Numbered from the whole stretch's first letter, positions 37,964 through 51,245 are shown. The stretch: DNA of 63,985 nucleotides, filler included, from Reclinomonas americana ATCC 50394 (GCA_048213135.1; 7 parts of 4 records of this genome joined end to end with filler, not necessarily neighbours in it), one strand, 5' to 3'. Numbers and translations are program-made. The notes: generated from the letters alone by a model not told the origin.

Positions 37964-38490
37964 NNNNNNNNNNNNNNNNNNNNNNNNNNNNNNNNNNNNN
38001 NNNNNNNNNNNNNNNNNNNNNNNNNNNNNNNNNNNNNNNNNNNNNNNNNNNNNNNNNNNNNNNNNNNNNNNNNNNNNNNNNNNNNNNNNNNNNNNNNNNN
38101 NNNNNNNNNNNNNNNNNNNNNNNNNNNNNNNNNNNNNNNNNNNNNNNNNNNNNNNNNNNNNNNNNNNNNNNNNNNNNNNNNNNNNNNNNNNNNNNNNNNN
38201 NNNNNNNNNNNNNNNNNNNNNNNNNNNNNNNNNNNNNNNNNNNNNNNNNNNNNNNNNNNNNNNNNNNNNNNNNNNNNNNNNNNNNNNNNNNNNNNNNNNN
38301 NNNNNNNNNNNNNNNNNNNNNNNNNNNNNNNNNNNNNNNNNNNNNNNNNNNNNNNNNNNNNNNNNNNNNNNNNNNNNNNNNNNNNNNNNNNNNNNNNNNN
38401 NNNNNNNNNNNNNNNNNNNNNNNNNNNNNNNNNNNNNNNNNNNNNNNNNNNNNNNNNNNNNNNNNNNNNNNNNNNNNNNNNNNNNNNNNN

Positions 38491-39329
38491 ACCAGCGCCG
38501 CCGGCACCGCCGGCATTGCCTCCTCTGTTGGAGACCGGAGCCACAGGCAGTCTGCCGCCCCTGCCGGAGGTGGTCCCTGCTGGGGCTGGTCCGTTAGGTG
38601 GAGAAGTGATCGTCGATGTATCGCTTGTCAGCGTCGACTCTGTTGCTGTGGAGACCCCTGCAGCGGGAACCGCAACGCCACCGGTGAGTGTTGCGACTGC
38701 AGCAGCATTGATGAATCTGTGACACGCCACTTACTGGTCGTCTGTTGTGTGCCCCGTAACACAGACTGCAGAAGTGCAGATGGTGTGTGTGTGTGTGTTT
38801 GCTTGTTGACCATCCTTCTCATTCTGTGCAACATTTTTCACTGCGTTGTCGTGCAGGCGGAGTCAGCGCATGTGTCACCGGGAAAGCCTTTACCGGCGAC
38901 AGTGGAGCAGGTCACCGCAACAGCTGCCGTCCCAACTGCCGTCTCACGCCCAGTCGAGGTCAGTTTTTTTGTTGTTTTGTCTTGCCATGTTCGCTGCCAC
39001 CCATGTTACTGGCGTGCAGGACGCTGATGACGAGTCCGACAAGAGCATCCACGATGAAAGTCAGCCACCTGCTGTTTCCCGACCTGTGCGACGCACCGAG
39101 CGAACTCCGAAGCCAAAGTCCAAGGCTCTTCCGGCCTCGAAGCCTCCACCGCGCAACAGCCGCTCGGCAATTGCCCAGTTGTCTTCGTCATTACTGACAG
39201 TAACGCGAGCGTCCTCGTCCCCGGAGAGTGTTCGCGATGCTGACGACGAGACGCCACCGCCGCCACCACTACCACTACCACCACCATCACCGCCGCCACC
39301 GCCAACGGCGGCACCGCTGGCGACAATGG
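38491..39329 (+). CDS. Pro/Ser-rich coding fragment (3 exons) between assembly gaps
   Basis: Plus-strand GT-AG introns (donors ccg|GTGAGT and gag|GTCAGT) join open Pro/Ala/Ser-rich frames. No start or stop visible. Confidence 0.55.
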
Positions 39330-39429
39330 NNNNNNNNNNNNNNNNNNNNNNNNNNNNNNNNNNNNNNNNNNNNTTAATTAATTAANNNNNNNNNNNNNNN
39401 NNNNNNNNNNNNNNNNNNNNNNNNNNNNN

Positions 39430-41380
39430 GCAAATGCAACAACAACGACGGTAAACAAGTGCACCACCATCGACTGCCGGAGTACAAGTGGAATCACCAT
39501 GTGCTCGATATCAGGTGTTGGCACTGCCCGCTGATGCGACTCCTCGTCGTCACCATCGTCATCGGCAGCACCCGCACTCTCGTCGTCATCGTCAGCCAGT
39601 AGCTCACCGAGTGTCGGTGGTCGTCTCTTGCTGCGCACATCTGCCTTGCGCGATTTCTTCAGTGGCGGCTGCGACCGGTCGTCATCGTCGCGCGAGTAAA
39701 TGTTGCCGATGATGTTGCCGCCGCGGTTCTCGAAGGCGCCGCCGTGGTGGGCAATGCAATTGGTCAACGGGCGCAAACCCGGTGTCTGATCAATGGTCGA
39801 GAACAGCAGAGGCAGCCCCAGCTTGCGCGACGTCCACGTCTCCGGGAACGAGGCGTACATGCCAAATCGCGAGTCGCCCACATTGCATGTAATCACCCAC
39901 TGCTGGTACACGACGGCAATAAGCAGTGTAGTGCCATCGTCGACCGGCAAGTCGAGAGTCGGTGCCACGGCCCCTGCAGCCTGTGCCAGCGACGAAAAAG
40001 ACATGCGTCAGCTACGATACGCAGATGCGAAAAGCGAGACAATGGGCGCACCATTGCACTCTCTCGCTCCGCAGCTATCCGCTCCAATGCCGCCCTCCGT
40101 TCATCGAGGAATTCGCAGTCGAGCCGAAACACCAACTGCAGCAACAAAGCGCGCAGATGCTCACGCGCCTCGACCGATTCGAGGCGGGCCTGTTCCTGCC
40201 ACCACGCCTCCTGCTCAAGTTTGCTGATCAAGTCGTGTACGTTTTCCGACGCACGAATCGACAAGACACGTGCGGCTGCTGGCGAACCATGGCCGTCGGC
40301 AACCACCTACCAGCAATGACACAATTGACGATCAACGAAACACATACACACACGCACACACACTCTCTCGCACACAATCGTATCTGACACATACCAATAC
40401 GTGGTACTCGGCAACGTGCGGCAACGAACTGATGCAGTACCGATAGACGGTGCGGTCCTCCATCGGCTTGTGCACACGCAAACGTGAAGTGCGAGCGCCC
40501 TCGTACGCGTAACCCGGAAGAGTGGCACGACACAAGTGCAGTCGTGGGAATGTGGTGACAATGTCGGACGACGGTGTCGGTGGCACGTACTGCGGACTTG
40601 CTGCTTCGGATTCGGCATCCACCACTGGTGCATCGCTTGATCCTGCGACATTTTCTGCCACGGCCGTCGTGGTAGTGGTGGTGGTGGAGGAGGAGGATCC
40701 AGTAGCAGCAGCGAGCCGCCGCGACTCGCGTCGCTGTTCAGGCGGCGGAGGCGGGTCGTAAAACGTGCACAGTACGTCGATCTGCAGTGGTAGCGGTTCC
40801 GCGACTGATGGTGTAAATGGAGTCAACTGGCTGTCCATGCTGCTCTGTGCGCCACCGCCGGCACTGCGCACAACCACTGCACGTCAACAGACGACTGGAG
40901 AGGGGGGGAGGTGAGGGCAGAGGAGACGAAACTCGGCAGACGCTCGGCGCCTCGGCGCACTACTCTGTGAGTGTGAATGTGACTGGGATTGGGAATGGGA
41001 CTGGGACTGTGACTGGGACTGAGTCTGGGAGTGCGGGCGTGGTGGACGAGGCTTGGCACTCTCTGATGGTCTGTTCGCGGGGCGCAGGGTCAGTGCAAGA
41101 AACGCAGACAACTCAACGCCTCACAATCCATAGTCAGTCCACCTTGGTGGTTTTCGCACAATGGTGGTACGAGTGGCCCAAGTGGCCAACACGAACGAGG
41201 CGGCGCGCCGAGCGTCCACCAGCGTCTGTGGATCGCCACCAGTTCGACGCGGCCGCACGCGGTGTTGCGCGGCAAATCTGTCAGCTACACCCCAGGAGAT
41301 CAATAACGAAGCGCACACGCACGTGTTGAAGCGCACTGTCCACGCAACTGCACGTTCTCAGCCATTCTCCCGTCCGCGGG
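39430..41380 (-). CDS. N-terminal part of a PP2C/PPM-type phosphatase domain
   Basis: KPMEDRTVY, HVL|VVADGHGS, DDGTTLLIAVV, ITCNVGDSR and STIDQTPG...IAHHGG, in canonical PP2C order. Confidence 0.8.
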
Positions 41381-41400
41381 NNNNNNNNNNNNNNNNNNNN

Positions 41401-44400
41401 AAGAGCGGCGAGCTTGACGGTCGGCCAACAATCGCTCTTGCATGTGCTCCTCACGCTCCATGGCATCCTGCAGCATGCCCAGTTCGGCGCTCTGTCCCGT
41501 GATCAGTGCAGCGTCGACATTCTCCGTCTCCTCGCGAGCGACGTAGCGTCGGCTCTTGCGCAGCTCGGTCAGCGACGGACTCTTGACGTCCTCCAACGGA
41601 TGCATGGCCACCGACTTGGCCATTCTGCGGGAACGCCTCGGTACGGGGAGCACAGCACACACACACACACAAGTGGTGGTGAACGCAACTCGAGCGCATT
41701 CGCCGTCTCCAGCAGAATACCGTCGCTTACAAACCCGTCGCCGAGTGCGTGGTCGAGAGCACCCGACTTATGATCGAATTTGCTCTCGAGGCTCCAGTCT
41801 TCCACGGGAAGTGGTGGATCGGTTGCTGGCGGCTGCGTACTCTCTTCCGCAGCTGCGGCTGTCGTCACTGTCAATGGCGGCGGTGGCGGTGGCGTGTGTG
41901 GCGGTTGCTCATCGGCAGAACCAGCAGCTGCAGGCGCGGCTTCATGGTCGCCGGTCACCGCAATTGCAAAGTGTTCGTGTGCACCAGGCGGCTCCGGCAT
42001 TGCCTCATACAGCTCGATGGCTGCCTGTGCTTCGTGCATGTAGGCCAAGGTGAGGAAGTTGTGCGGCATGGCCGGTTTCACAGCGAGGCCACGCCAGTCG
42101 GGAGCCTTGCCCCGACTTGTCTCGCGGAACTGAAGCAGCTCGTCCGACGCACGTTGCAGCTCCTGTACAAGGAGCAAGTTGCGTGCGCGCAACACCTCGA
42201 CCGCTCGCTCCAGTCGCCGAGTCTTCTCCACCTGCGACAGTGAAATATGTACGTTGGCACACGTGCGACGAGTTCGCAATATCGAAATCGGTGCACCTTT
42301 TGTTGATACATGTCGCGAAACTCGTCTCGGGCCTCGCGAATCTTGGCCACGGCGCGCTCGGTGACGTCTCGCTCCACAGCACGGGCCTTGGCCTGCCAAA
42401 ATGTGACTTCTGCTGACAGCTGCTCCACACGGCCCTCGTCGGTTTTCATCAATTCGCTGGCGGCCTGTCGTCGCGTCTGGCTGACTTCTTGCTCCAGGGC
42501 CTCGAGTTGGCGTTGCTTCTCGGCCACCTCAATGTTCAGTGCAGTCCCTGCAGGGGGGCNNNNNNNNNNNNNNNNNNNNNNNNNNNNNNNNNNNNNNNNN
42601 NNNNNNNNNNNNNNNNNNNNNNNNNNNNNNNNNNNNNNNNNNNNNNNNNNNNNNNNNNNNNNNNNNNNNNNNNNNNNNNNNNNNNNNNNNNNNNNNNNNN
42701 NNNNNNNNNNNNNNNNNNNNNNNNNNNNNNNNNNNNNNNNNNNNNNNNNNNNNNNNNNNNNNNNNNNNNNNNNNNNNNNNNNNNNNNNNNNNNNNNNNNN
42801 NNNNNNNNNNNNNNNNNNNNNNNNNNNNNNNNNNNNNNNNNNNNNNNNNNNNNNNNNNNNNNNNNNNNNNNNNNNNNNNNNNNNNNNNNNNNNNNNNNNN
42901 NNNNNNNNNNNNNNNNNNNNNNNNNNNNNNNNNNNNNNNNNNNNNNNNNNNNNNNNNNNNNNNNNNNNNNNNNNNNNNNNNNNNNNNNNNNNNNNNNNNN
43001 NNNNNNNNNNNNNNNNNNNNNNNNNNNNNNNNNNNNNNNNNNNNNNNNNNNNNNNNNNNNNNNNNNNNNNNNNNNNNNNNNNNNNNNNNNNNNNNNNNNN
43101 NNNNNNNNNNNNNNNNNNNNNNNNNNNNNNNNNNNNNNNNNNNNNNNNNNNNNNNNNNNNNNNNNNNNNNNNNNNNNNNNNNNNNNNNNNNNNNNNNNNN
43201 NNNNNNNNNNNNNNNNNNNNNNNNNNNNNNNNNNNNNNNNNNNNNNNNNNNNNNNNNNNNNNNNNNNNNNNNNATGCGAGGATGAGAAGAGAGTTTGCAA
43301 GAGAGACTTTTTCTATCGGCGCAACTCCGCTGCTCCAGTTCCTCGATCTGTTGCTGCAACGCCGACACAATTTCCTCGTCCACTGGCGGCGGCTGCGCAC
43401 GCGGTAGTGCTGTGGACGACTTTGTGCGCGACACAACGGCCTTTTGTGCATGCGCTCCGCTGTTGCTCACGTCGACAGTGGCACGTCCGTTCGGCGATGA
43501 AAGCGGCAACGACTCGACGGTCTGATCGGACTCGTCTGAGCTGCCATGTTCACGCTGCTTTCTGTTGGTGCGACAGCACAAGAAGGCAAGCGTGTTGGCA
43601 AGAAAGAGGGCTCAAGGGTGGGAAACACCCCAGCGAACGCAACTCGATGCATTCGTCGACGTACGATTCGTACACGTTCATGACTTGCATGAATACAGGT
43701 TCGTACGAAGCGAATCGATCCATGAAAATCCCTGACGAAACCGAGATCAACACAACTCAGTCGTGAAAAGGATGCCTACATACAAAAACACAATTGTACT
43801 CACGAAGCACTTCCCGCACGGCTTCCAGTCGACTGTGACGAGAGGCAGGCGAGTTGCTGCGCAAATTTTAATTTTTCAGTATTGCTGATATCGCGCGCCG
43901 GTCCCACTCACAAACCTTGGTTGCTGTTCAGCGACGATCTCGCCCTCGATGAGCACGTGCTCCAGGTGCTGTGGAAACTCGCTGCGCAGCAAGCGGTTTC
44001 GGAAGCTGAATGTATCGAAACCGGGCACTCGCACAATTTGTGGTCTGCGCGCATGCGAGCATGCTCAGTGCGACAGCTATCGTGTGTGTTCCATGAGCGC
44101 GACGCAACGATCGTGATTTGTGACGAAGGCCGGTGGGACTGTCGCCGGTGGGACTTGATTCGCCCCGAGAACGGCTGTGGTGCAGCGGCGGCGACGACGG
44201 CGGCGAAGCTGAATGGTCCGGCAACGCGGAGCCGCCAGTTATCAGCGACGCAATGCTCACACTTGGTCTCCGACTGATGACGGTGCTGGGTGGCGGCATG
44301 GGTGTCTTGGAGATGACGCTGCTCTTGATGGTCTCCATGCGACTGGCACCGGTGAGCGCACCGTTCGCCACCTGCTGTGGTGCGGTAGTGGCCCCGAGTT

Positions 44401-45606
44401 CGGCGGTGTGTGCCAGCGGGGCGAGGGGAGTCGGCGACGGCGATCGGGATTTGGCTCGGCGGTTGGTCTCACGATCGCCGCCAGCCAGCCGCGAGATGTT
44501 GTCGGTCTCGTGCTGCAACAGCTTGTCGATCACTCGCGTGGGAGGCTTCGTGCTGGCGTCTCTGGTGGCGTCAGGCGATCCTGTGCGACAGCGATCAGCA
44601 ATACATAAACATGGGTGTGCAAAACAGAGGACGACCAACCTGCGGGCAACAACGACGGCGACGACGACGACGACAGAGCTGGTACTGGTCGCTTCTTGTT
44701 CAACGAGCGCATCACGTCGTGCGAGTCGCGACCGAGCAACGGCGACGCACGTTGCTCTGCAGCGTCTCGCAGCTCAGTCTGTTGTTGTGGATGTGACGAT
44801 AACTGGCGCCGCTTGGAAGCTCCCGCCTGCTGCTGCTGTTGCTGCAACGCAGCCGTCGCAGTCGGACCCGCGGTACCGCTGAGAAAGGACGCTGGAGGCG
44901 GTGGCGATCGACGCATGGACATGACGGTCGGTGAACGCCGAGTGGCGCCGGCTGTCGCCACCGGCAGGATCGACGAGTCGAACGACTGTGAAACAAGAGT
45001 CCTGCCCCTCTCCGCCGGCTCCAGCAGTAGCAGTGGCGAGGAGGTGCCAGTGCCCTGTTGCTGCCTCTGCGGAGACGCCGAGTGCGCCGCCGTCGACGGC
45101 GAAACAGTGCCGCTGTGGTGCGATTGTCGACTGCCGACAGGCGGTGCATTGACCGCATGTGAGATCCACATGGCGGCGAAATCAGCGGACGATGCTGGCC
45201 CTCCGTTGGCCGCCGCTGCGGCACTGGATGAGCCGCGACTCACTGGCTTGCTGGGCGACGATGACCGCACGGAGCCAGGGGCAGGAGAGGTTGTCCGTGC
45301 GCTGGCTGGTTGCGACGCCCGACTCCGCGACGGCGACGAGTTGGCCGACACCGGATCGTCCCAGCCATACAAACCTGGAGACAGGTCACCGACGTGCTCA
45401 TCGCTGCCGTGCATCACTGCCGCAGCTACGTCGTCGGCCGTGCGCACTCGGGTGGTCGAGTGTGAGTGCGAGTGCACTGCGGTGATGGATGAATGTGTGG
45501 ACTGAGGGAGACGTGAAGGAGACAACTGCGACTCGCCTGCTGTCACTCCACCTCCACCGCCACCGCCTGGTGGCGGAAGAGAGGGGGGCACCAGCGCTGG
45601 AAACAT
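41401..45606 (-). CDS. Ser/Pro-rich and coiled-coil protein with a TSNAXIP1 N-terminal-like domain
   Basis: Spliced EFPQHLEHVLIEGE...SRLEAVREVL|RIFMDRFASYEPVFMQVMNVYESYVDEC resembles the recalled TSNAXIP1_N pattern RLQxxREIFxxFIEDFKTYxPLLxxIKNxYE. Coiled coil follows. No stop before the gap at 41381-41400. Confidence 0.55.
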
Positions 45607-45884
45607 GAGAGGGGAGGAAACGGACAGTTTTACTGTAGACGGCTTGGTTACACAAAGATCGGTGGTGCTCGAAAGTGGCGGCAGTGCGACGAGAGACCGC
45701 GCATGCACATTGCATCGGGGCTGGGTGCATGAGCGTGGCCACACGACAACCCCGTAGAGCGACTTCATGATCCCATAATAGTTGCCGTGCAAGCAGGGGT
45801 CGAGGTGGTGCACCCAGATTCTTCCTGGTTTTTCGTCGACTATTTTTTTGTTCTCGTGCCGTACGCCAACCCCACCCCGCCAAC

Positions 45885-46007
45885 ATGGACAAGAAAGATA
45901 TCAACGACGACAACTTTGTGATGCGCGAGACGCGCATGATGGAGGAGACGCGCTACGGCCGCCGGTTCGTCGACATGGTCGAGGCGCCCGGATCGCTCGT
46001 GAGCACG
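45885..46007 (+). CDS. First exon of a small uncharacterised gene; the rest lies in a gap
   Basis: caacATG followed by coding-like MDKKDINDDNFVMRETRMMEETRYGRRFVDMVEAPGSL, then a donor and a (GT)n intron. Confidence 0.4.
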
Positions 46008-46794
46008 GTGCGCTTGCATAGCACGTGTGTGTGTGTGTGTGTGTGCGTGCACTCGTGTCACCATCTCCATTCTGATCGCTCCTCTCGTCATCTGTNNNNN
46101 NNNNNNNNNNNNNNNNNNNNNNNNNNNNNNNNNNNNNNNNNNNNNNNNNNNNNNNNNNNNNNNNNNNNNNNNNNNNNNNNNNNNNNNNNNNNNNNNNNNN
46201 NNNNNNNNNNNNNNNNNNNNNNNNNNNNNNNNNNNNNNNNNNNNNNNNNNNNNNNNNNNNNNNNNNNNNNNNNNNNNNNNNNNNNNNNNNNNNNNNNNNN
46301 NNNNNNNNNNNNNNNNNNNNNNNNNNNNNNNNNNNNNNNNNNNNNNNNNNNNNNNNNNNNNNNNNNNNNNNNNNNNNNNNNNNNNNNNNNNNNNNNNNNN
46401 NNNNNNNNNNNNNNNNNNNNNNNNNNNNNNNNNNNNNNNNNNNNNNNNNNNNNNNNNNNNNNNNNNNNNNNNNNNNNNNNNNNNNNNNNNNNNNNNNNNN
46501 NNNNNNNNNNNNNNNNNNNNNNNNNNNNNNNNNNNNNNNNNNNNNNNNNNNNNNNNNNNNNNNNNNNNNNNNNNNNNNNNNNNNNNNNNNNNNNNNNNNN
46601 NNNNNNNNNNNNNNNNNNNNNNNNNNNNNNNNNCCAGACGAACCACTGGCACTTCCCGCTGCGGAAGCTGCTGCTGCTCGTCGACTCGCCGATGCCATGG
46701 CAAACTTCTACGCTTCTCACACACACGCACACACACTCGTACGACAACGCGCGGACACCGACTGTGCAGGACATTGTGATTGCGATAGACAGAC

Positions 46795-47526
46795 ATGGGC
46801 AAGGATGACGAGGCGACTCAGCTGCCGCTCGCTCGCGTGCGCAAGGTGTGCAGCACCGACCGACACGTGCGCCCACCTGTTCGCTCACTGCATCATGTGC
46901 GTGTGTGTGTGTGTGTGTGTGCAGGTGATGAGGACAGACCCCAACATCAGCGCCGTGTCACAGGTGTGCTTGTTGTTGTCGTGCTTGTTTGTCGCTCGCC
47001 TGTGTGCTGATGTGTATCGCTTGTGCGTCTGTAGGACGGAGCTGTGCTGATGGCCAGAGCCACTGTTGAGTGCATGATGAAATCATGGGAAACCCCCCTC
47101 ACTTGCACTCGCTCACTGTCATCTGTGCCACAGGAGCTGTTCCTGCAACAGCTGCTCACTGACTCACTCGAACACACACACGCCGATCGACGCAAGGTCG
47201 TGCAGTACAAGGACGTTGGTGCGTGCACTCGCCTGTCACTTGTCTGTGTTGCCGCTCTCTCTTTTTCTCTCTCTCTCTCTCTCTCCCTTCTCTCTCTCGT
47301 TCCTCCCGCGTGTAGCCACAAGTCAGCACATCCGTGCACTCACCAGCGACCACAGCAAATGCCGTCAAGAGGGAAGAAAAGTACTACTTCCTCTCCGGTT
47401 CGTGTGCTTTCTTCTCTGGTTTCCTGCTGTGCGTCGGCTCACACTCGGCGTCTTGTCTGTGCAGACATGGTGCCACAAAAGATCAGCAAACGTGACCTTG
47501 ACGAAATGTCCAAGGGCATCAAATGA
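46795..47526 (+). CDS. H2A-like histone-fold protein (POLE4/Dpb3/CHRAC1 family)
   Basis: Six exons give MGKDDEATQLPLARVRK|VMRTDPNISAVSQ|DGAVLMARAT|ELFLQQL...RKVVQYKDV|ANAVKREEKYYFLS|DMVPQKI. Confidence 0.9.
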
Positions 47527-48348
47527 GGCTGCGTCGACAACAACTTGTGGGAAAGTGAACAGCAACAGCATGTATACGCAAGAAGCACTGCCGCGGCGGC
47601 GACGTCTTGTATATTACAGAGTATGTTACACACACACACAGGGGTGGGAGAAAGGAGGGAGACGTCGCCGCGGGGGCGTGCTTGTTCTGTAGGGTTGTCG
47701 CAGCGCTGCGATGCAGCAGCTTATTCGAAGGGGCACATGGCCCACGACATCTCCTCGGCCAGTGGGGGTGCGAGGATGATTCTGTGCAGTTGCGAGTGAG
47801 TTGCGAGACAGGAAGAATACCACGAGGCAACACGGGTGAGGGAATCTTTCGCACCTGGTCCGAGATGACAATGGTCTGTGCGGTGGAGACAGCGAGGACN
47901 NNNNNNNNNNNNNNNNNNNNNNNNNNNNNNNNNNNNNNNNNNNNNNNNNNNNNNNNNNNNNNNNNNNNNNNNNNNNNNNNNNNNNNNNNNNNNNNNNNNN
48001 NNNNNNNNNNNNNNNNNNNNNNNNNNNNNNNNNNNNNNNNNNNNNNNNNNNNNNNNNNNNNNNNNNNNNNNNNNNNNNNNNNNNNNNNNNNNNNNNNNNN
48101 NNNNNNNNNNNNNNNNNNNNNNNNNNNNNNNNNNNNNNNNNNNNNNNNNNNNNNNNNNNNNNNNNNNNNNNNNNNNNNNNNNNNNNNNNNNNNNNNNNNN
48201 NNNNNNNNNNNNNNNNNNNNNNNNNNNNNNNNNNNNNNNNNNNNNNNNNNNNNNNNNNNNNNNNNNNNNNNNNNNNNNNNNNNNNNNNNNNNNNNNNNNN
48301 NNNNNNNNNNNNNNNNNNNNNNNNNNNNNNNNNNNNNNNNNNNNNNNC

Positions 48349-49976
48349 TGTGTGCTCTCGTTCGCAGTCAGTCGCTCGCTCACCGCTTGTTGCTGTTGCT
48401 GCAGCATCGCCGATGGCTGCGCGTTTGCGTACGACGAGCCGCTCTTGAAAGTCGTGGAGATTACGTGGTCGACAGAGAGCGACGAGGCAGAGGAGAGGGT
48501 GCGAGTGGCAACCATGTTGGCGCATCGAGCGGCTGCGTTGCGCGATGGAGATCAGATTCTTGGCGCTCTTGCGCACTCGCCGGCGACCTTGGCACATCTG
48601 GAGGCTGTGGTCGAGCGGGTGAGCACGCAGGCCGCTCAGCAAATGTCGGCCGACGATGTTGTTGCGCTGGTCAACGCAGCCGCGCCGCCGGCGGGTGGTA
48701 AGCGCGACGAGAGTGACAGCGATGTGGACAAGGACGACGCTGGAGAGGAGGACGACGATGACGACGACGATGGCGCTGGCGCGGGCGGTGCGAGTGGGGC
48801 CGGTGGTGAAGATGGCGACGAGTTTGACGAGTCGTACTTTTTGACCGACCGTGAGCGCCGGAAGAAGGAGCGAGCGGGTCCTCGTGGAAAGGGAAAGGCC
48901 GCAGGCAACACCGCAGCTGCGGCGGGCAAGAAGAAGCAGAAGGTAGAGAAGCGCAAGGGCGGCCGCGCGTCGTCCTCGTCGGCCGGCAGTGGAAGCGTGT
49001 CGCAGCAGAACTCAACTGAGAGCGAAGTGGTGCGGTGTTGCCTTTCTTCGGTTCTGCAAGCTGCCTGGTCGTGTTGTGTATTTGACCCTTTCTTTGTGCG
49101 CAGAAAAATACTATTGTGCCAGTGACATTGACACTGACGGCGTACGATCCCGACGTGTCGGTGGACAAGGTCTGCGTGCGCGTATCCTCGGCGTGGAGGC
49201 GATCGGGAACTTACCGCTTGTTGCGACGCAGACATTCACGTGCTACGTGCTGGAGAATCGTGTTCGAGTCGTGACACAGCGGCACGAGCATCTGTTGCTG
49301 CTGGGCACACCCATGAACATTGGTGGCCATGTGCTGGATCCGGATGATGAGGGTCCGTCGCCGCCCATGCATATCAACAAGGAAATGCTGCTGAGTATGG
49401 CTGGTCTGGTGGCTCACTATGCCGGACAGCAAGTCGGAAACATGCCACCATCAGTCACCGCCGCCTGCCGTATCGATGTTGCAGTGGTGCGTATGTGTAT
49501 GTGAGAGAGAAGCGGGAGCAAAGGCTGCTCTCTTCTCGACACACCAGGGAGCTCACTGCACGCTTCTGCGTGCACACAGATTCCACACATCAAGCAGCAC
49601 AAGCTGTCGTTTGATCCCGTGATTGTGGACGTCAGGATGTTGACTGTTGCGTATGTGTGCCTCGCTTCCCCTGCCCAGGACACGAGTGTTGATGCTGTCG
49701 CTTTGTGCGCATGCAGGCTGCAGACATGGCCGTGATGCATTCGCCACCTGTGGGTGTGGAGCTGTTCACACCGCAGCCCGAGGCCGATGGACCACCGCCA
49801 TGTTGAGTGACTTGTCGCTGTGTGTGCGGCCTGCTACTTCACTTCATCTCATATGTTCACATCGCGCAGTTACCGTGCGGATCCGAGCGCAGTCGCTCAC
49901 CGAAGCGTCGGCCCACGACATCCTCAACGTTCTCCCGTACGCCTATTTCGACAAGCTGGCCGACTTTGCCAAGAGA
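48349..49976 (+). CDS. Uncharacterised multi-exon protein fragment with acidic and Lys-rich tracts
   Basis: Open coding-like frames (DEPLLKVVEI..., EEDDDDDDD, KKKQKVEKRK, ...ILNVLPYAYFDKLADFAKR) joined by short GT-AG introns. Bounded by gaps. Confidence 0.5.
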
Positions 49977-50153
49977 GTAGTGGTTTGTGTGCAGAGGCAG
50001 TAGTCATGCATTACTCNNNNNNNNNNNNNNNNNNNNNNNNNNNNNNNNNNNNNNNNNNNNTTAATTAATTAANNNNNNNNNNNNNNNNNNNNNNNNNNNN
50101 NNNNNNNNNNNNNNNNGTGTGCCTGTGTGGCGATTGCTCACCCTTCTGTCCAG

Positions 50154-51245
50154 CTGTCACCATCGGCCTCTCACATGTACTCGTCTGATGTGGTGCGTGA
50201 TAATTACAACGACTCCACGCTTCCGCCCTATGCTCTGTCTCATATTCCGTTGCAGTCCGCGGCGGCAGCAGCCGGACGTGGACGTGAGGAAGACAGCGAC
50301 TCGTACTCCTCCCACGAGAGCCACACACTGTCGGCCAAGACGGTGAGCTCTCTCTGTTCTCTCTCTCTCTCTCTCTCCACTCCTCTTCTTCGTTCTCACT
50401 CCACTGCGTGTGTTTAGGTGGTCGACTGGGAGAGCCGAGAACTGGTGTTCTCGTCGCCGGGAGTGTATGCGCCGTTGGTGGTGGAGAAGGGAGTGGTGGA
50501 GCAGCCACCGTATGCTGGAGAATTCCGCATTTTTGTCCAGCCTCTGGAGGAGCTCGTTGGTGCGTTTGCCGACAAAGAAAGGCTCTCTTTCTGTGTGTAT
50601 GTTTCACCTCACATGTTGATGTGCACACGCAGGCAACACTCTGGCACCCGTCTCGCTCATCATTCGCGACAACGCATCGGTGGCTGCGCTGAAGCGCGCC
50701 ATTCACTTGGCCTTCCTCGATCCGAGCCAAACCCCCGTGGATGGCAAGTACGGCATGAGGACCATTCATCACTCGCAACAGCGACTGTTCTACCCGCACC
50801 CATCGCAAGAGCTGGTGCGCGCGTTCACTCGTTGCACCGACTTGTTTTTTCTTGCATGATCTCACCTGTGATCTCTCGATTTCAGAACGATGACGACTCG
50901 CTGCCTCAAGTGGGCATTGTGGTGCGTGTCTGTGTGGAGGCAAAGAAAGAAAAGTGACGTGCTTCATGTCTGACGCACGGTTCCGATTGTGCAGAATGGG
51001 GCCCGCGTATTCCTCGGTCTGCAGTTTTTCCTGGCACCTCAGTTCCGCGGCAGGCACACGTATCACATCAAGTGCTTGTGGCATGGTTCGCTGTATGCAC
51101 AACCACACACTTGCATGCATGCATACACACATACACGTGAAGAACAGCCTCCTCACATTTTACCTCTTCACGGCAGGACTGGAGCACGACATCGAGGCCG
51201 ACGGCGACGATCTGGTGGAGACTCTCAAGGAGAAGATTCGGCAGG
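50154..51245 (+). CDS. Protein with tandem ubiquitin-like domains, partial
   Basis: Spliced FRIFVQPL...SVAALKRAI...QQRLFY...EL|NDDDSLPQVGIV|NGARVFL, then YHIKCLWH|GLEHDIEADGDDLVETLKEKIRQ. Both follow the ubiquitin beta-grasp pattern. Confidence 0.65.
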
